The translations under genes and the position numbers were made by a program. Positions 48,669 through 58,839 of a DNA stretch of 64,000 nt are shown here, piece by piece. Position 1 is the stretch's first letter; the number at the start of each line of letters is the position of its first letter. The stretch lies in the NCBI GenBank assembly GCA_023898625.1, contig CP060231.1:20258-84257 (forward strand), written 5' to 3'. The DNA comes from Candidatus Nomurabacteria bacterium. Its GTDB lineage: Bacteria; Patescibacteriota; Saccharimonadia; Saccharimonadales; JAGQNJ01. The notes beneath the pieces are model-generated. The model worked only from the letters and a program-made list of their open reading frames with translations, was not told where the DNA came from and searched no databases.

Positions 48669-48717
48669 TTGCTATTTTAGCAAAATTGTTTCATTATGTC
48701 AATACTATTTAACGAAT

Positions 48718-49590
48718 TTGTTTATTATGCAAAAAGATTATAAATACCATAAGCTCAATAGTTCAGAGTTGCCAGAGAAGTTTAACTCGATAGATCCGTT
48801 GCCAAACACAATATACTATTGTGGCGGAGATCTATTGACAAACCTAGAAAAGCCCACTGTTGCCATAGTTGGCAGTCGAAAACCTACAACCTACGGTAGA
48901 GAAGTTACCGAAATGTTTACACGTGCACTAAGTTCTAAAGGAATTGTCATAGTCAGTGGCTTAGCACTAGGAATTGATAGCATTGCCCATAAAACATGTG
49001 TTGAATCTGGTGGTCAAACTATTGCAGTTTTGCCATGTGGTCCTGGGTTAATTTACCCAAGTAGCCACCGATCACTAGCGCAACGGATTATAGAACTTAA
49101 CGGAAACCTGTTAACTGAATATCCAGAAAATTCACCAGCATACAAACAGAATTTTATAGCCAGAAATCGAATAATTAGTGGCCTAGCAGATATTGTTATC
49201 GTTACCGAAGCAAATGAACGTAGCGGAACATTGCATACTGCTAATTTTGCGCTTTCTCAAGGCAAAACAGTTATGGCGGTACCTGGACCAATAACAAGTC
49301 CGTATAGCAAAGGCACTAACAACCTAATTAAAGCAGGAGCTATTCCATTAACAGAACCTTCAGATATCTTTTTTAAATTAGGAATGCGTGAATCTAGACC
49401 ATCAGAAATCACTGCCAATAATCAAGAGGAATACACAATATTAACACTTCTATCTCAAGGGGTTCGTGATGGTCAAGAACTTCTAGACAAAAGCCATCTT
49501 GAACCACAAATATTTAATCAAACATTAACGATGTTAGAGATTAACGGAAAAATTAGGGCTTTAGGCAATAATCAGTGGACTAATCAGTAA
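48718..49590 (+). CDS. dprA: DNA processing/protecting protein DprA
   Basis: PTVAIVGSRKPTTYGREV...GLALGIDSIAHK...RNRIISGL...SGTLHTANFALSQGK, DprA Rossmann-like motifs. The start is uncertain (TTG 48718 or ATG 48727). Confidence 0.88.
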   Translation: MFIMQKDYKYHKLNSSELPEKFNSIDPLPNTIYYCGGDLLTNLEKPTVAIVGSRKPTTYGREVTEMFTRALSSKGIVIVSGLALGIDSIAHKTCVESGGQTIAVLPCGPGLIYPSSHRSLAQRIIELNGNLLTEYPENSPAYKQNFIARNRIISGLADIVIVTEANERSGTLHTANFALSQGKTVMAVPGPITSPYSKGTNNLIKAGAIPLTEPSDIFFKLGMRESRPSEITANNQEEYTILTLLSQGVRDGQELLDKSHLEPQIFNQTLTMLEINGKIRALGNNQWTNQ

Positions 49591-49664
49591 AACTTGCAAA
49601 ATTTCAAAATATAGCATAATATCACGCTTTGGTATCAACTAATTTCTGGTAAACTTAAGCAAGT

Positions 49665-51953
49665 ATGAGCAAAAATTTAGTAATAGTAGAGAGCCCGGCT
49701 AAAGCCAAAACTATCGAAAAATTTCTTGGCAAGGATTTCACCGTAAAAAGTAGCATGGGACATATCAGATCACTACCGAGCAAAAACGGCAGTGTTGATG
49801 TTAAGAATAAATACGCTCCGATTTATGAAACCGATCCAACCAAGAAAAAGATTATTTCCGAATTAAAAAAGGCCAGCAAAACTGCCAAAACAGTCTGGTT
49901 AGCAAGTGATGAAGACCGCGAAGGAGAGGCTATTGCCTGGCACTTATCTGAGGTACTCAAACTAAACCCTAAAACAACTAAGCGTATTGTCTTCCACGAA
50001 ATAACCGAACCTGCCTTAAAGACGGCAGTTGCGAATCCTCGTGAAATTGATATTCCGCTTGTCGAAGCGCAACAAGCAAGACAATCTCTTGACTACTTAG
50101 TAGGCTTTGAGCTTAGCCCAGTATTATGGAAGAAAGTCAGACCACAACTAAGTGCCGGACGAGTCCAAAGCGTTGCTGTAAGACTTGTGGTAGAACGCGA
50201 GAGAGAAATCACGGATCACAAGCCACAATCCACCTTTAAGCTAGTAGCCACTCTTAAAACGCCATCTGGTCAAAATTTACCAGCCGAGGCACCTACCAAA
50301 TTCAAAGACGTATCAAAAGTAAACAAAACTCTAGAAGACTACCTAAACAGTACTTTTGAGGTAACTAGCGTTGAGCAGAGACCCGGTAAACGCAACCCAA
50401 GCGCACCCCTAACTACCAGCACCCTTCAACAAGAAGCTAGCAATAAGATTGGGTACAGCCCCAGGACAACCATGCAACTAGCTCAAAAGCTTTACGAAGC
50501 TGGACATATTACATACATGAGAACAGATTCAGTTAATCTCTCACAAACAGCCCTAGATGCTATGTCGAACTACATAAAAAATGAATATGGCACAGATTAC
50601 CTCGAGTCTCGTACCTTCAAGACGAAAAGCACTGGGGCTCAAGAAGCTCACGAGGCCATACGACCAACCGATATAACCAATCTCGATGCTGGAGCTGACG
50701 CTCAACAGAAAAAGCTATATCAACTAATTTGGCGACGAACCTTAGCCACCCAAATGGCTCCTGCCAAAATCGAAAAAACTATTATATCCATTAAGCCAAG
50801 TAACAGCAAAGAATTACTTGAAGCCAAAGGAGAAATAGTAGTTTTTGATGGATTCTTGAAAGTTATCGGCAAAAAGAACGATGACACTATACTTCCACCA
50901 ATTAGTAACGGAGAGTCGCTTACGCTAACAGAGGCAGTTGCAACCGAAACCTTAAGCCGTGGACCAGCTAGATATACAGAGGCATCTTTAGTGAAAAAAC
51001 TTGAAGAAATGGGCATCGGTCGACCAAGCACTTATGCTAGCACTATTAGTACCATACAGACCAGACAGTACGTTGAAAAAGGAGATATTGCCGGCAAAGA
51101 AACTCAAACATTAATCATATCACTCAAAAACAACAAAATATCTCAAACCACTCAAACAATTGAGTATGGTAAAGATAGTAACAAGCTACACCCGACTGAT
51201 ACCGGAAAGGTAGTTACTGACTTCTTAGTAAAACACTTTGCAGACGTAATGGACTATGATTTCACCAAAGATATAGAGGAAGAACTCGATCATATTGCCG
51301 AAAAGAAAAAGGGAAGAGAAGAGGTACTTGACCATTTCTACAAACCGTTTCACAAATTAGTTGTGGCTAGTGAAGATATTTCTCGCGCAGAGGCTACGCA
51401 AACGAGGCAAATAGGCAAAGATAAAGACGGTACACCTATATTTGCAAGATTTGGGCGATTTGGACCAATGCTTCAGCGCGGAGAACAGTCAGATGACCCC
51501 AAGCCAACATTTGCACCTCTACCTAAGGGAGAAACCATAGAAAGTGTTACACTAGAACAAGCCTTAAAGATGTTTGAATTGCCGAGAATCGTCGGGAACA
51601 CTAAGTCTGGCGAAGAAATAATTGCTGATATTGGGCGATTTGGGCCATATATCAAAATAGACAAGACCTACGTTTCTCTTAAAGAGCCTTACGATCCTTT
51701 CACTATTAAAGAGAAAGAAGCAATTGATCTATATAAAGAAAAATTAGTTCAAATAGAAAAACGAAATATTGCAGATTTCGGAACTATAAAGATTCTTCTT
51801 GGTCCTTATGGACCATACATAACGGACGGCAAGAAGAATGCTCGAATACCCAAAGATATTGACCCTAAAACAATATCAGAAAAAGAAGCTACAAAGATGT
51901 TAGCAGATGCACCAGAAAAAAAACGAAAATTCTCACGTAAAAAAATAAAATAG
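49665..51953 (+). CDS. topA: DNA topoisomerase I
   Basis: TOPRIM LVIVESPAKAKTIEKFLG..., DEDREGEAIAWH and the active-site region HITYMRTDS. The C-terminal repeats lack Cys (FARFGRFGPM / IGRFGPYIKI / LLGPYGPYITDG). Confidence 0.92.
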   Translation: MSKNLVIVESPAKAKTIEKFLGKDFTVKSSMGHIRSLPSKNGSVDVKNKYAPIYETDPTKKKIISELKKASKTAKTVWLASDEDREGEAIAWHLSEVLKLNPKTTKRIVFHEITEPALKTAVANPREIDIPLVEAQQARQSLDYLVGFELSPVLWKKVRPQLSAGRVQSVAVRLVVEREREITDHKPQSTFKLVATLKTPSGQNLPAEAPTKFKDVSKVNKTLEDYLNSTFEVTSVEQRPGKRNPSAPLTTSTLQQEASNKIGYSPRTTMQLAQKLYEAGHITYMRTDSVNLSQTALDAMSNYIKNEYGTDYLESRTFKTKSTGAQEAHEAIRPTDITNLDAGADAQQKKLYQLIWRRTLATQMAPAKIEKTIISIKPSNSKELLEAKGEIVVFDGFLKVIGKKNDDTILPPISNGESLTLTEAVATETLSRGPARYTEASLVKKLEEMGIGRPSTYASTISTIQTRQYVEKGDIAGKETQTLIISLKNNKISQTTQTIEYGKDSNKLHPTDTGKVVTDFLVKHFADVMDYDFTKDIEEELDHIAEKKKGREEVLDHFYKPFHKLVVASEDISRAEATQTRQIGKDKDGTPIFARFGRFGPMLQRGEQSDDPKPTFAPLPKGETIESVTLEQALKMFELPRIVGNTKSGEEIIADIGRFGPYIKIDKTYVSLKEPYDPFTIKEKEAIDLYKEKLVQIEKRNIADFGTIKILLGPYGPYITDGKKNARIPKDIDPKTISEKEATKMLADAPEKKRKFSRKKIK

Positions 51954-52142
51954 TTTATTTAACAACTTTTTTCCACTTTTTGCACCTCTATTAAGTAATA
52001 ATATTGTTATTTCAATAATAGGCGTATTTGTCTATTTGGTGCTATAATATTAATAGACTAGTGATGCTTGACGTGGCATTGTCATTAGGTTATAATATAT
52101 TTTATCAGCTATCTTAATAAGTTAATTAACAGGGAAGTATAG

Positions 52143-53183
52143 ATGTCAAACGATGTAACTATCAATATGGAGCAAATAATTAAAGATATTCTTGCTACCA
52201 TCGAAAAAGAGCGAGAGCGAGAAATAATTTCAAGACGATATGGTCTATTTGACCGAAAGGAAACTCTAGAACAAATTGGCGAACTTCTAGGCATTACCAG
52301 AGAAAGAGTTCGACAATTAGAAAAAGCTATTATTACCAAAATGAAATATCAGGCAGAGCAGGGCAACCTGCCCCACGTCGATGCGGTTAGCACACAAATA
52401 CAAGACATCTTAATCAAGCACGGTTTCATTCAGAGAGTTACAAAACTTTCCGACAACCTAATAAGCCAAAATTCTAAAGTAGACCAATCTAGAGTTGCAT
52501 TTATTGCGACTTTATCTCCAAAATTGACCATAGTTGACGAGAATGATTCATATTATCAAGCAGTTGCTTCATCAGAAGAATATAAGAGCAGTAAAGACGT
52601 TTCGAAAAATGTTGATGAAGTTGTTGCACAAATTAAAGCCAACAAAAAACCACTAAAGATTAGTGACCTATCAAAGAGCTCCAAAATTAAGAACACTTCA
52701 AAACTTTCAGCTCTAGCTGAAACCTCTAAGCTCTTGTCTCATCTCAATGGTGAGTGGGGATTATCAAAATGGCCAACTGTTAACCCAAAGAATATTCGCG
52801 ATAAAATATATGTAATTCTTAAAGAAAATGGCAAACAGATGCACTTCAGTGAAATTTCTAAAAAAATAAAGCAGTCTGACTTTAAGCGTAAAGATGTTAC
52901 AACTCAAGCTATACATAACGAACTTATCAAAGACGATCGCTTCATACTAGTAGGGCGCGGTATCTATGCTCTAAAAGAATGGGGATTCAAGAAGGGAACT
53001 GTGTCAGATGTAATAACCGACATTCTTAAAAAAGCCAATGAGCCATTACATCGTGATGAAATTGTCAAACAAGTTCTCCAAAATAGATACGTTAAAGAAA
53101 CGACCATCCTATTAAACCTTCAAGGGAAAAAACAGTTCAAACGAGTCGCAAAAGCCACCTACGCCCTTGCTGAAACAGACTAA
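52143..53183 (+). CDS. Sigma-70 region-4-like HTH protein with C-terminal HARE-HTH-like domain
   Basis: ISRRYGLFDRKETLEQIGELLGITRERVRQLEKAIITKM is sigma r4-like. HFSEISKKIK...IHNELIKDDRFILVGRGIYALKEWG is HARE-HTH-like, as in RpoE-delta. Confidence 0.6.
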   Translation: MSNDVTINMEQIIKDILATIEKEREREIISRRYGLFDRKETLEQIGELLGITRERVRQLEKAIITKMKYQAEQGNLPHVDAVSTQIQDILIKHGFIQRVTKLSDNLISQNSKVDQSRVAFIATLSPKLTIVDENDSYYQAVASSEEYKSSKDVSKNVDEVVAQIKANKKPLKISDLSKSSKIKNTSKLSALAETSKLLSHLNGEWGLSKWPTVNPKNIRDKIYVILKENGKQMHFSEISKKIKQSDFKRKDVTTQAIHNELIKDDRFILVGRGIYALKEWGFKKGTVSDVITDILKKANEPLHRDEIVKQVLQNRYVKETTILLNLQGKKQFKRVAKATYALAETD

Positions 53184-53188
53184 TTGCC

Positions 53189-53842
53189 ATGGTAGCATCA
53201 GCTAGTGAATTACCTCCGTCACAAAACCATAAAACAGGTTCGTGGCTACACTTTGATTACCCTCTTGATAAATCTGACCTAAGACAAATATCGTCCTTGT
53301 TGGGTCAGATGGGGCTGTCATATGAATATATCGAGAACCCAACCCAAGACACCTACAACCCTGATAGCCAAATTGATAGAATTAACCGTTATGGTTTCAG
53401 GTTTACTGATATAAACTCTGAAGATGACTATATATTTAGAGAACATTTTGACTACCTAGCAGAGACTAACCCTTCACTATCACCTAAAAATTTCAGCAGA
53501 CTATTTAACTATCTAGTTGATGGAGCAGGTGATACCAACTTAACAATGTTTAGTAACGAGGAAGGGCAAAACGGCAGATTCATACAACAACGACCAGTGT
53601 CGCCATTACCAGGCATACGGCTAGTCGATCGTATAGATTTTGGAATAGGACAATATACTTCAGACAAAATTCTTGAGCCACGCACACGAATAATTGCACG
53701 TTACGGAATACGAGTAGACACTCTACTTGGCACAATCATACATCATGATAAGCCCCAAAAAGGGATATTAAGAGAAGGTAGCAAACGCAACCAGTCAATA
53801 TCTATTCTTATACAGCGATTATCCGAATCAATCAAAACGTGA
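53189..53842 (+). CDS. Hypothetical protein
   Basis: 217-aa ORF, 5 nt after the upstream stop. No motif recognised. Confidence 0.4.
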   Translation: MVASASELPPSQNHKTGSWLHFDYPLDKSDLRQISSLLGQMGLSYEYIENPTQDTYNPDSQIDRINRYGFRFTDINSEDDYIFREHFDYLAETNPSLSPKNFSRLFNYLVDGAGDTNLTMFSNEEGQNGRFIQQRPVSPLPGIRLVDRIDFGIGQYTSDKILEPRTRIIARYGIRVDTLLGTIIHHDKPQKGILREGSKRNQSISILIQRLSESIKT

Positions 53843-54226
53843 ACATTTTGTGAACATTGATATATTTTTAAAATAATCAATATAGACGATAAGACTTATA
53901 AGAGTATATCAAAATGTATATCTATGCTATATAAGGGGATTACAAATAATCATAAACAAAGCAAGGACGTGGAATCAACGAATGATAATTGAAAAATACA
54001 ATAGGTAAAGAAGTGCAAAATACGGACATAGCAATCATGTCGCACAATGTATATTTTGCGACTTTCGTATACGTGCGACAGTTGTTATTCATACGCCTGC
54101 AATATGAGTAGGGCAATACAAGAAACAGTATCTATGCATAATATCCACTCTTTGTTAACCATACACCCATAAAAATACACACATTATATTGGTTAGGCTA
54201 ATATTTAGTAGTCTAGATCGTTGTAA

Positions 54227-54253
54227 TTATCCACAAACTCAGACTTATCCACA
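54227..54253 (+). promoter_or_regulatory. Two perfect DnaA boxes (TTATCCACA) in direct orientation
   Basis: TTATCCACA at 54227-54235 and 54245-54253, inside a ~690-bp non-coding AT-rich region (53843-54532). A near box ATATCCACT lies at ~54141. Confidence 0.5.
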
Positions 54254-54532
54254 GTCTACATTTGCATTTCTGCGTTTTTGTGTTTGTGTATATATTTTTC
54301 ACGTTCCCCTACTTTTCACGGATATTTGCTTTTTTTGCGTTTCTATGTGTTATTTAGTTTTTTTATTATTTGTCTGGATATCTGGTACTGAACATATTAC
54401 GAACATGTAGGGTAGAGGCATTTGGGGGTAGCATCCGATCTTTTTTTATGGGATGATTTTTTACTTACAATCGCTGGCAATAATTTGTTTGTTGTTTGTG
54501 CTTTTCATATTGTAATTTAGGAATTAGCCTTC

Positions 54533-55441
54533 TTACTTATAGAATACTCTCTCCCCTACTCTCACATCAACATACTCATTTGGAGTTTTCTGTTGGCTCT
54601 CTAATCTTTGTATTAACGCAATGAATGCACCCGCCTGTTGTTTAGGATCCTCTAGAACATTAAACTTAATATAGTACTTTCGCCCCACAAGCTTAACGTG
54701 CAAATCGTATGGACTTTTTGGAATAGTTAATGACTCTACCTCATAACCTTGTTTTTCAAGCTGTTCTACGACATTACTTATAAACAAGGCTTGTTCTTGT
54801 GGTAACGCTGGCTTGCCTACTTCTAAGGCGACATTAGACTCATCACGAACAGTTCTTAAACCAAGTTTGGAAATATGGTCGACGTCACGCACATCTAGTA
54901 ACGCCACCCCATTTACCCCAATTACATATGAATTCTGGCCAGAGTTTAATATAAATCCTGGTTTAGTAGTTTGCAAGACTACTGTAGGCCTACGCGCTAT
55001 TATCGGCAACGACACAGAGACCGCTGAAACCTCTGGAAATTGCTTCTTCATCTTATTAATTAAGCCTTGACTATCAAAAGTGAGTTTTAGTCTATTTATC
55101 GGTGAAGAGGCTATAAACTGCTCTGCGCTTGATTGATACGTGGTCTTATCACGCAGAAATAGTGAATCGCTCGATTTCGTTGTAATTCGTACACTGCTAT
55201 CAACTGTTATCATAAAAAATAAACCAACCATGGCGATAAATACCATAATCAACCATGGTAAATGCTTAATTTTTCGGGGTTTAGGTCGTGTTTGAGATGC
55301 GTTTTCTCTGTTAGCGTCCCTATTTCGTCCAACCTCCCCTGCTCTTTCTAGCCTTTTACTAGAATATGAATAACGAGTCTGGGTTGAACTCGGCAGTGGA
55401 GTTCTTTCACGAGTAGGCGTTTTTTCCTTTCGAATTCTCAT
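54533..55441 (-). CDS. ftsQ: Cell division protein FtsQ/DivIB-like (TM + POTRA-like)
   Basis: Basic N-terminus, one TM helix (LPWLIMVFIAMVGLFFMITV) and position immediately after murG in the dcw cluster. Sequence similarity is weak; the call rests mainly on context and architecture. Confidence 0.6.
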   Translation of the reverse strand: MRIRKEKTPTRERTPLPSSTQTRYSYSSKRLERAGEVGRNRDANRENASQTRPKPRKIKHLPWLIMVFIAMVGLFFMITVDSSVRITTKSSDSLFLRDKTTYQSSAEQFIASSPINRLKLTFDSQGLINKMKKQFPEVSAVSVSLPIIARRPTVVLQTTKPGFILNSGQNSYVIGVNGVALLDVRDVDHISKLGLRTVRDESNVALEVGKPALPQEQALFISNVVEQLEKQGYEVESLTIPKSPYDLHVKLVGRKYYIKFNVLEDPKQQAGAFIALIQRLESQQKTPNEYVDVRVGERVFYK

Positions 55442-55450
55442 GGATAAAGT

Positions 55451-56599
55451 TTACTCCTTTGTTCTTTCCGAAGATATTTCTTCCAGTAAATCGACAATTT
55501 TGGGTACAGCACCAGATGGATACGCCTTTGACAAATTCTCTGCCATTTCACGACTTAACGAATGATTGTTCATTAGTTTATCTATAGCGGATAATAATTT
55601 ACCTGGGTTATTTCTTAAAGTATCTTGTTGAATAACCAACCCTGCCTTCACCTTTTGAATTAGCTGAGCATTCTTTAGCTGATGTCCGTCAGCTAGCTGA
55701 GGCGCTGGAACCAATATCACAGTTTTATGTTGAGCGGCAAATTCAGCGATTATACTTCCAGCTCGTGAGATAATTACATCCGAGGCACCAGAGTATCTAT
55801 ATAAATCATCAATATACTCGACCGTCTTATAACGTGTATTATCAATTGGCAAATCATTGCTTGTCCAGTTGCCTGTTTGATGAATAACATATAAATCTTT
55901 GTTGGCAATCAGGGCATGACTCACACTAGCAATCAAATCATTAAGTTCTTTCGCCCCCTGGCTACCACCGGTAATCAGGATCAATTTTGCATGTTTGGGA
56001 ATATCTAATTCTTTACGATATTGAAGCCTGAGTTTTGTTGTTACTTTTTTGAAATCTTTCGATATTGGTATCCCAACCTGTACGATTCTGTCAGGATCGT
56101 AATTATATGCTGCTTTGTTCATTGCTACGGCATGTATAGTAGCCCACCGTCCAATTATCCGATTTGCTAAACCAGGTGTTGCATCAGAATCATGTGTGAT
56201 GAAAGGTATTCCCGATAATCTACATCCAATACCACAAGGTACCCCAACAAATCCACCCTTAATAAACACAACCCTCGGCTTATATTTACTTATCAACATA
56301 TATGCCTGAAATATGCCTACAACTGTCCTAAATGCGTCACGAATATTCAAGAATAATGTATTAAAATCTAGAAGCCTCTCAGCCATAGACTGATTTGGGT
56401 AACGACGGAATTTACCAGCATTAATCTTAAATACTTGGTCTATCTCCGAAGCAGATTCTAATAAATGCGCAAAGTTTGTACTTTTGTCTACTACTGCAAT
56501 GATATGCGTTTTTGAGTCTCTGGATTTAAGCTCTTGAGCGACGGCTAACAGGGGCAGGATGTGACCTCCTGTTCCCCCACCGACTAGCATTACTGTCAT
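55451..56599 (-). CDS. murG: UDP-N-acetylglucosamine--N-acetylmuramyl-(pentapeptide) pyrophosphoryl-undecaprenol GlcNAc transferase
   Basis: MLVGGGTGGHILPLLAVA and ITGGSQGA motifs. Located in the dcw cluster. Confidence 0.9.
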   Translation of the reverse strand: MTVMLVGGGTGGHILPLLAVAQELKSRDSKTHIIAVVDKSTNFAHLLESASEIDQVFKINAGKFRRYPNQSMAERLLDFNTLFLNIRDAFRTVVGIFQAYMLISKYKPRVVFIKGGFVGVPCGIGCRLSGIPFITHDSDATPGLANRIIGRWATIHAVAMNKAAYNYDPDRIVQVGIPISKDFKKVTTKLRLQYRKELDIPKHAKLILITGGSQGAKELNDLIASVSHALIANKDLYVIHQTGNWTSNDLPIDNTRYKTVEYIDDLYRYSGASDVIISRAGSIIAEFAAQHKTVILVPAPQLADGHQLKNAQLIQKVKAGLVIQQDTLRNNPGKLLSAIDKLMNNHSLSREMAENLSKAYPSGAVPKIVDLLEEISSERTKE

Positions 56600-57776
56600 G
56601 GCTATCTCCTCTTTTTTTACTAACTCGATAGTTCGTATAATGCGATATATTAAACACCAGCCCTAGACCCGCAGTTACAAAAATTAAACTACTACCTCCA
56701 TAACTTATAAATGGTAAAGTTATGCCTTTTAACGGAAGTAAGCCAACCATGGCACCTACATTAATCATTGTCTGGAAGCTAAACCAAACCAAAACTCCGA
56801 CTGCGATTAATCTAGTGAAGTCATCAGGTGATTTTTCGGCAATCTTAGCAATCCTTGCAAAAAGCGCCGTAAATAGCGCCAATAAACTAACCGTTCCAAT
56901 AAAACCGAATTTTTCAGCCAATATGGCAAAGATAGAGTCATTGGCGGCCTCTGGCAAATAACCATAAGCCTGTACGCTTCTCGCTAAGCCCAAACCAAAA
57001 ATACCACCAGAACCAACTGCGATTAATGCTTGACAAGTTTGATATCCCGATCCCTGGCAATCTGCTGATGGATTCAAATATGTTTTAACCCGCTCTCGTC
57101 GATATGGAGTAGCTCCAATCACGATGAACGCACCGACCATAATGATTACAGCAACGAGCAAGATTCGCTTCATCGGCAATCCAGCCACAAACGCCATTGA
57201 TCCGGTCATGGCGACCATAACAGCGGTTGATCCTAGGTCACTTTGAAGAACTGCGACAACAAATCCTACAAGCATTAATGCGATAATTAATGGTCTGAAT
57301 GTGCTTTTAAAGTCATTGAGATTACCCTGCTTAATTCTGTCCGCAAAAAAGAATGCTAGCCATATTAATAGCGTAAATTTTATCAGTTCTGCTGGCTGGA
57401 ATGATAACCCTCCTATCTGAATCCAACGATATGCGCCATTAACCTGATCTCCAAACAGTCGAACAATAATTGCTGAAATTGCAGAAGCAATAATAAGTGG
57501 TTTTTCGAGGTGTCTCCATGAATTAAGCGGGAACTTCCCGACGAAAAAAAATACACCAATACTCAAAAAAACAGCCAATAATTGACGATTAATAAAGTAG
57601 TTATTTGGAACATGTTTCTGAGCTACTAAAGCAGGACTAATTGCAAAAAGCACTATTAACCCAACTACAACTAAACAAATCGCCAGCAATGGTAAAATGT
57701 AGTCCGGGCGATGACGACGCTGTATTGTCTGATCAAATGAGGCCGAGGCAAAAGAACGTCTGCCTGGAACATACAT
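56526..57776 (-). CDS. ftsW: Peptidoglycan glycosyltransferase / cell division protein FtsW (SEDS family)
   Basis: SEDS motifs (QPAELIKF, SDLGSTAVM, PEAANDSIFA, LPLKGITLPFISYGGSS). I chose the start MYVPGRR at 57776 (TAATG overlap with the mraY stop) rather than the ORF-track start at 57872. The 3' end overlaps the murG start by 74 nt. Confidence 0.88.
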   Translation of the reverse strand: MYVPGRRSFASASFDQTIQRRHRPDYILPLLAICLVVVGLIVLFAISPALVAQKHVPNNYFINRQLLAVFLSIGVFFFVGKFPLNSWRHLEKPLIIASAISAIIVRLFGDQVNGAYRWIQIGGLSFQPAELIKFTLLIWLAFFFADRIKQGNLNDFKSTFRPLIIALMLVGFVVAVLQSDLGSTAVMVAMTGSMAFVAGLPMKRILLVAVIIMVGAFIVIGATPYRRERVKTYLNPSADCQGSGYQTCQALIAVGSGGIFGLGLARSVQAYGYLPEAANDSIFAILAEKFGFIGTVSLLALFTALFARIAKIAEKSPDDFTRLIAVGVLVWFSFQTMINVGAMVGLLPLKGITLPFISYGGSSLIFVTAGLGLVFNISHYTNYRVSKKRGDSHDSNASRWGNRRSHPAPVSRRSRA

Positions 57777-58819
57777 TAAAAATATCCTCCAACGGCGAAT
57801 ATTATTAACCCAATAACTGCAACTACTTGTCCCAAAATCCAAAAACGCATGGTTACCTTTGTCTCGGGCCAACCACTCGCCTCAAAATGATGATGAAGTG
57901 GTGACACTTTAAAAATCTTTTTTCCATTCCTTAATTTTTTTGAAGTAATCTGTAATATTACAGATCCTGTCTCAACAACGAATATTAAGCCAATGATTGG
58001 TAATAGCGTAACCGTATCAGTAAGCATGGCTACTACACCCAAAGCAGTACCTAAAGCAAACGAACCAACATCACCCATAAAGAATCTCGCTGGAAAAATA
58101 TTAAACCAAGTATATGACAATAAACAGCCAACGACGGTCATACAAAATCCAGCTAAACCATATCGTCCTTCTAAGAAGGATATAATTGCATACACCCCAA
58201 AAGCGATTGATGTTAAGCCCCCGGCTAGGCCATCTAGTCCGTCTGTGATATTTACGGCATTAGCTGTTGCAACAACAACAAGAATAAATAGAGGAATTAT
58301 CAACAAGCCCAATGTCCACTCACCAACAAAAGGTATATGTATCGAGTTAACATCTAGCTTAAAAAAGAAGAACCAACCTCCAATACTGGCCACCAGTATG
58401 GTCAGCAACAGTTTAATCTTGGACGGTAATCCAGCAACACCTGCCCCACTACCTCTAACGTTAATAATATCGTCCAGCAGTCCTATCATCCCTGCTCCCG
58501 CAAATGCTGCCAACGGTAACCAGGTTTCGCTACGCTCTAAGTTTAATAGAATAGTTACGATAGTTACCGCAAGCACAAAAACAATACCAGCCATTGTCGG
58601 AATATGACGCTCGTGTTTTTTAGCGTGAAGCTTCGAGAACATTTTGGCCTTCTCGCCAGTTACTGTGGTGCTCCTAGGCTTCTTCCACCATTCCCATTTA
58701 TACGCCATATTTGTATATATGGGCGTCAATAACATGCTAAGAATAAACCCGATAAATCCTAACCCAAGAATCCTGATAACTGTACTTGTATTTACTGTAA
58801 TGTCTATAGTTGGTGCCAT
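57776..58819 (-). CDS. mraY: Phospho-N-acetylmuramoyl-pentapeptide transferase
   Basis: PTMAGIVF, GLLDDIINV, NAVNITDGLDGLAGG and SPLHHHFE motifs. Confidence 0.92.
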   Translation of the reverse strand: MAPTIDITVNTSTVIRILGLGFIGFILSMLLTPIYTNMAYKWEWWKKPRSTTVTGEKAKMFSKLHAKKHERHIPTMAGIVFVLAVTIVTILLNLERSETWLPLAAFAGAGMIGLLDDIINVRGSGAGVAGLPSKIKLLLTILVASIGGWFFFFKLDVNSIHIPFVGEWTLGLLIIPLFILVVVATANAVNITDGLDGLAGGLTSIAFGVYAIISFLEGRYGLAGFCMTVVGCLLSYTWFNIFPARFFMGDVGSFALGTALGVVAMLTDTVTLLPIIGLIFVVETGSVILQITSKKLRNGKKIFKVSPLHHHFEASGWPETKVTMRFWILGQVVAVIGLIIFAVGGYF

Positions 58820-58839
58820 ATCGTTATGTTTAGTATACC

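Noticed and set aside
54189-54410. 73-aa ORF inside the 690-bp spacer
   Set aside because: It has a non-ATG (TTG) start with no upstream RBS and a Cys/Phe-rich low-complexity translation of T-rich DNA, and it overlaps the DnaA boxes. It is most likely non-coding.
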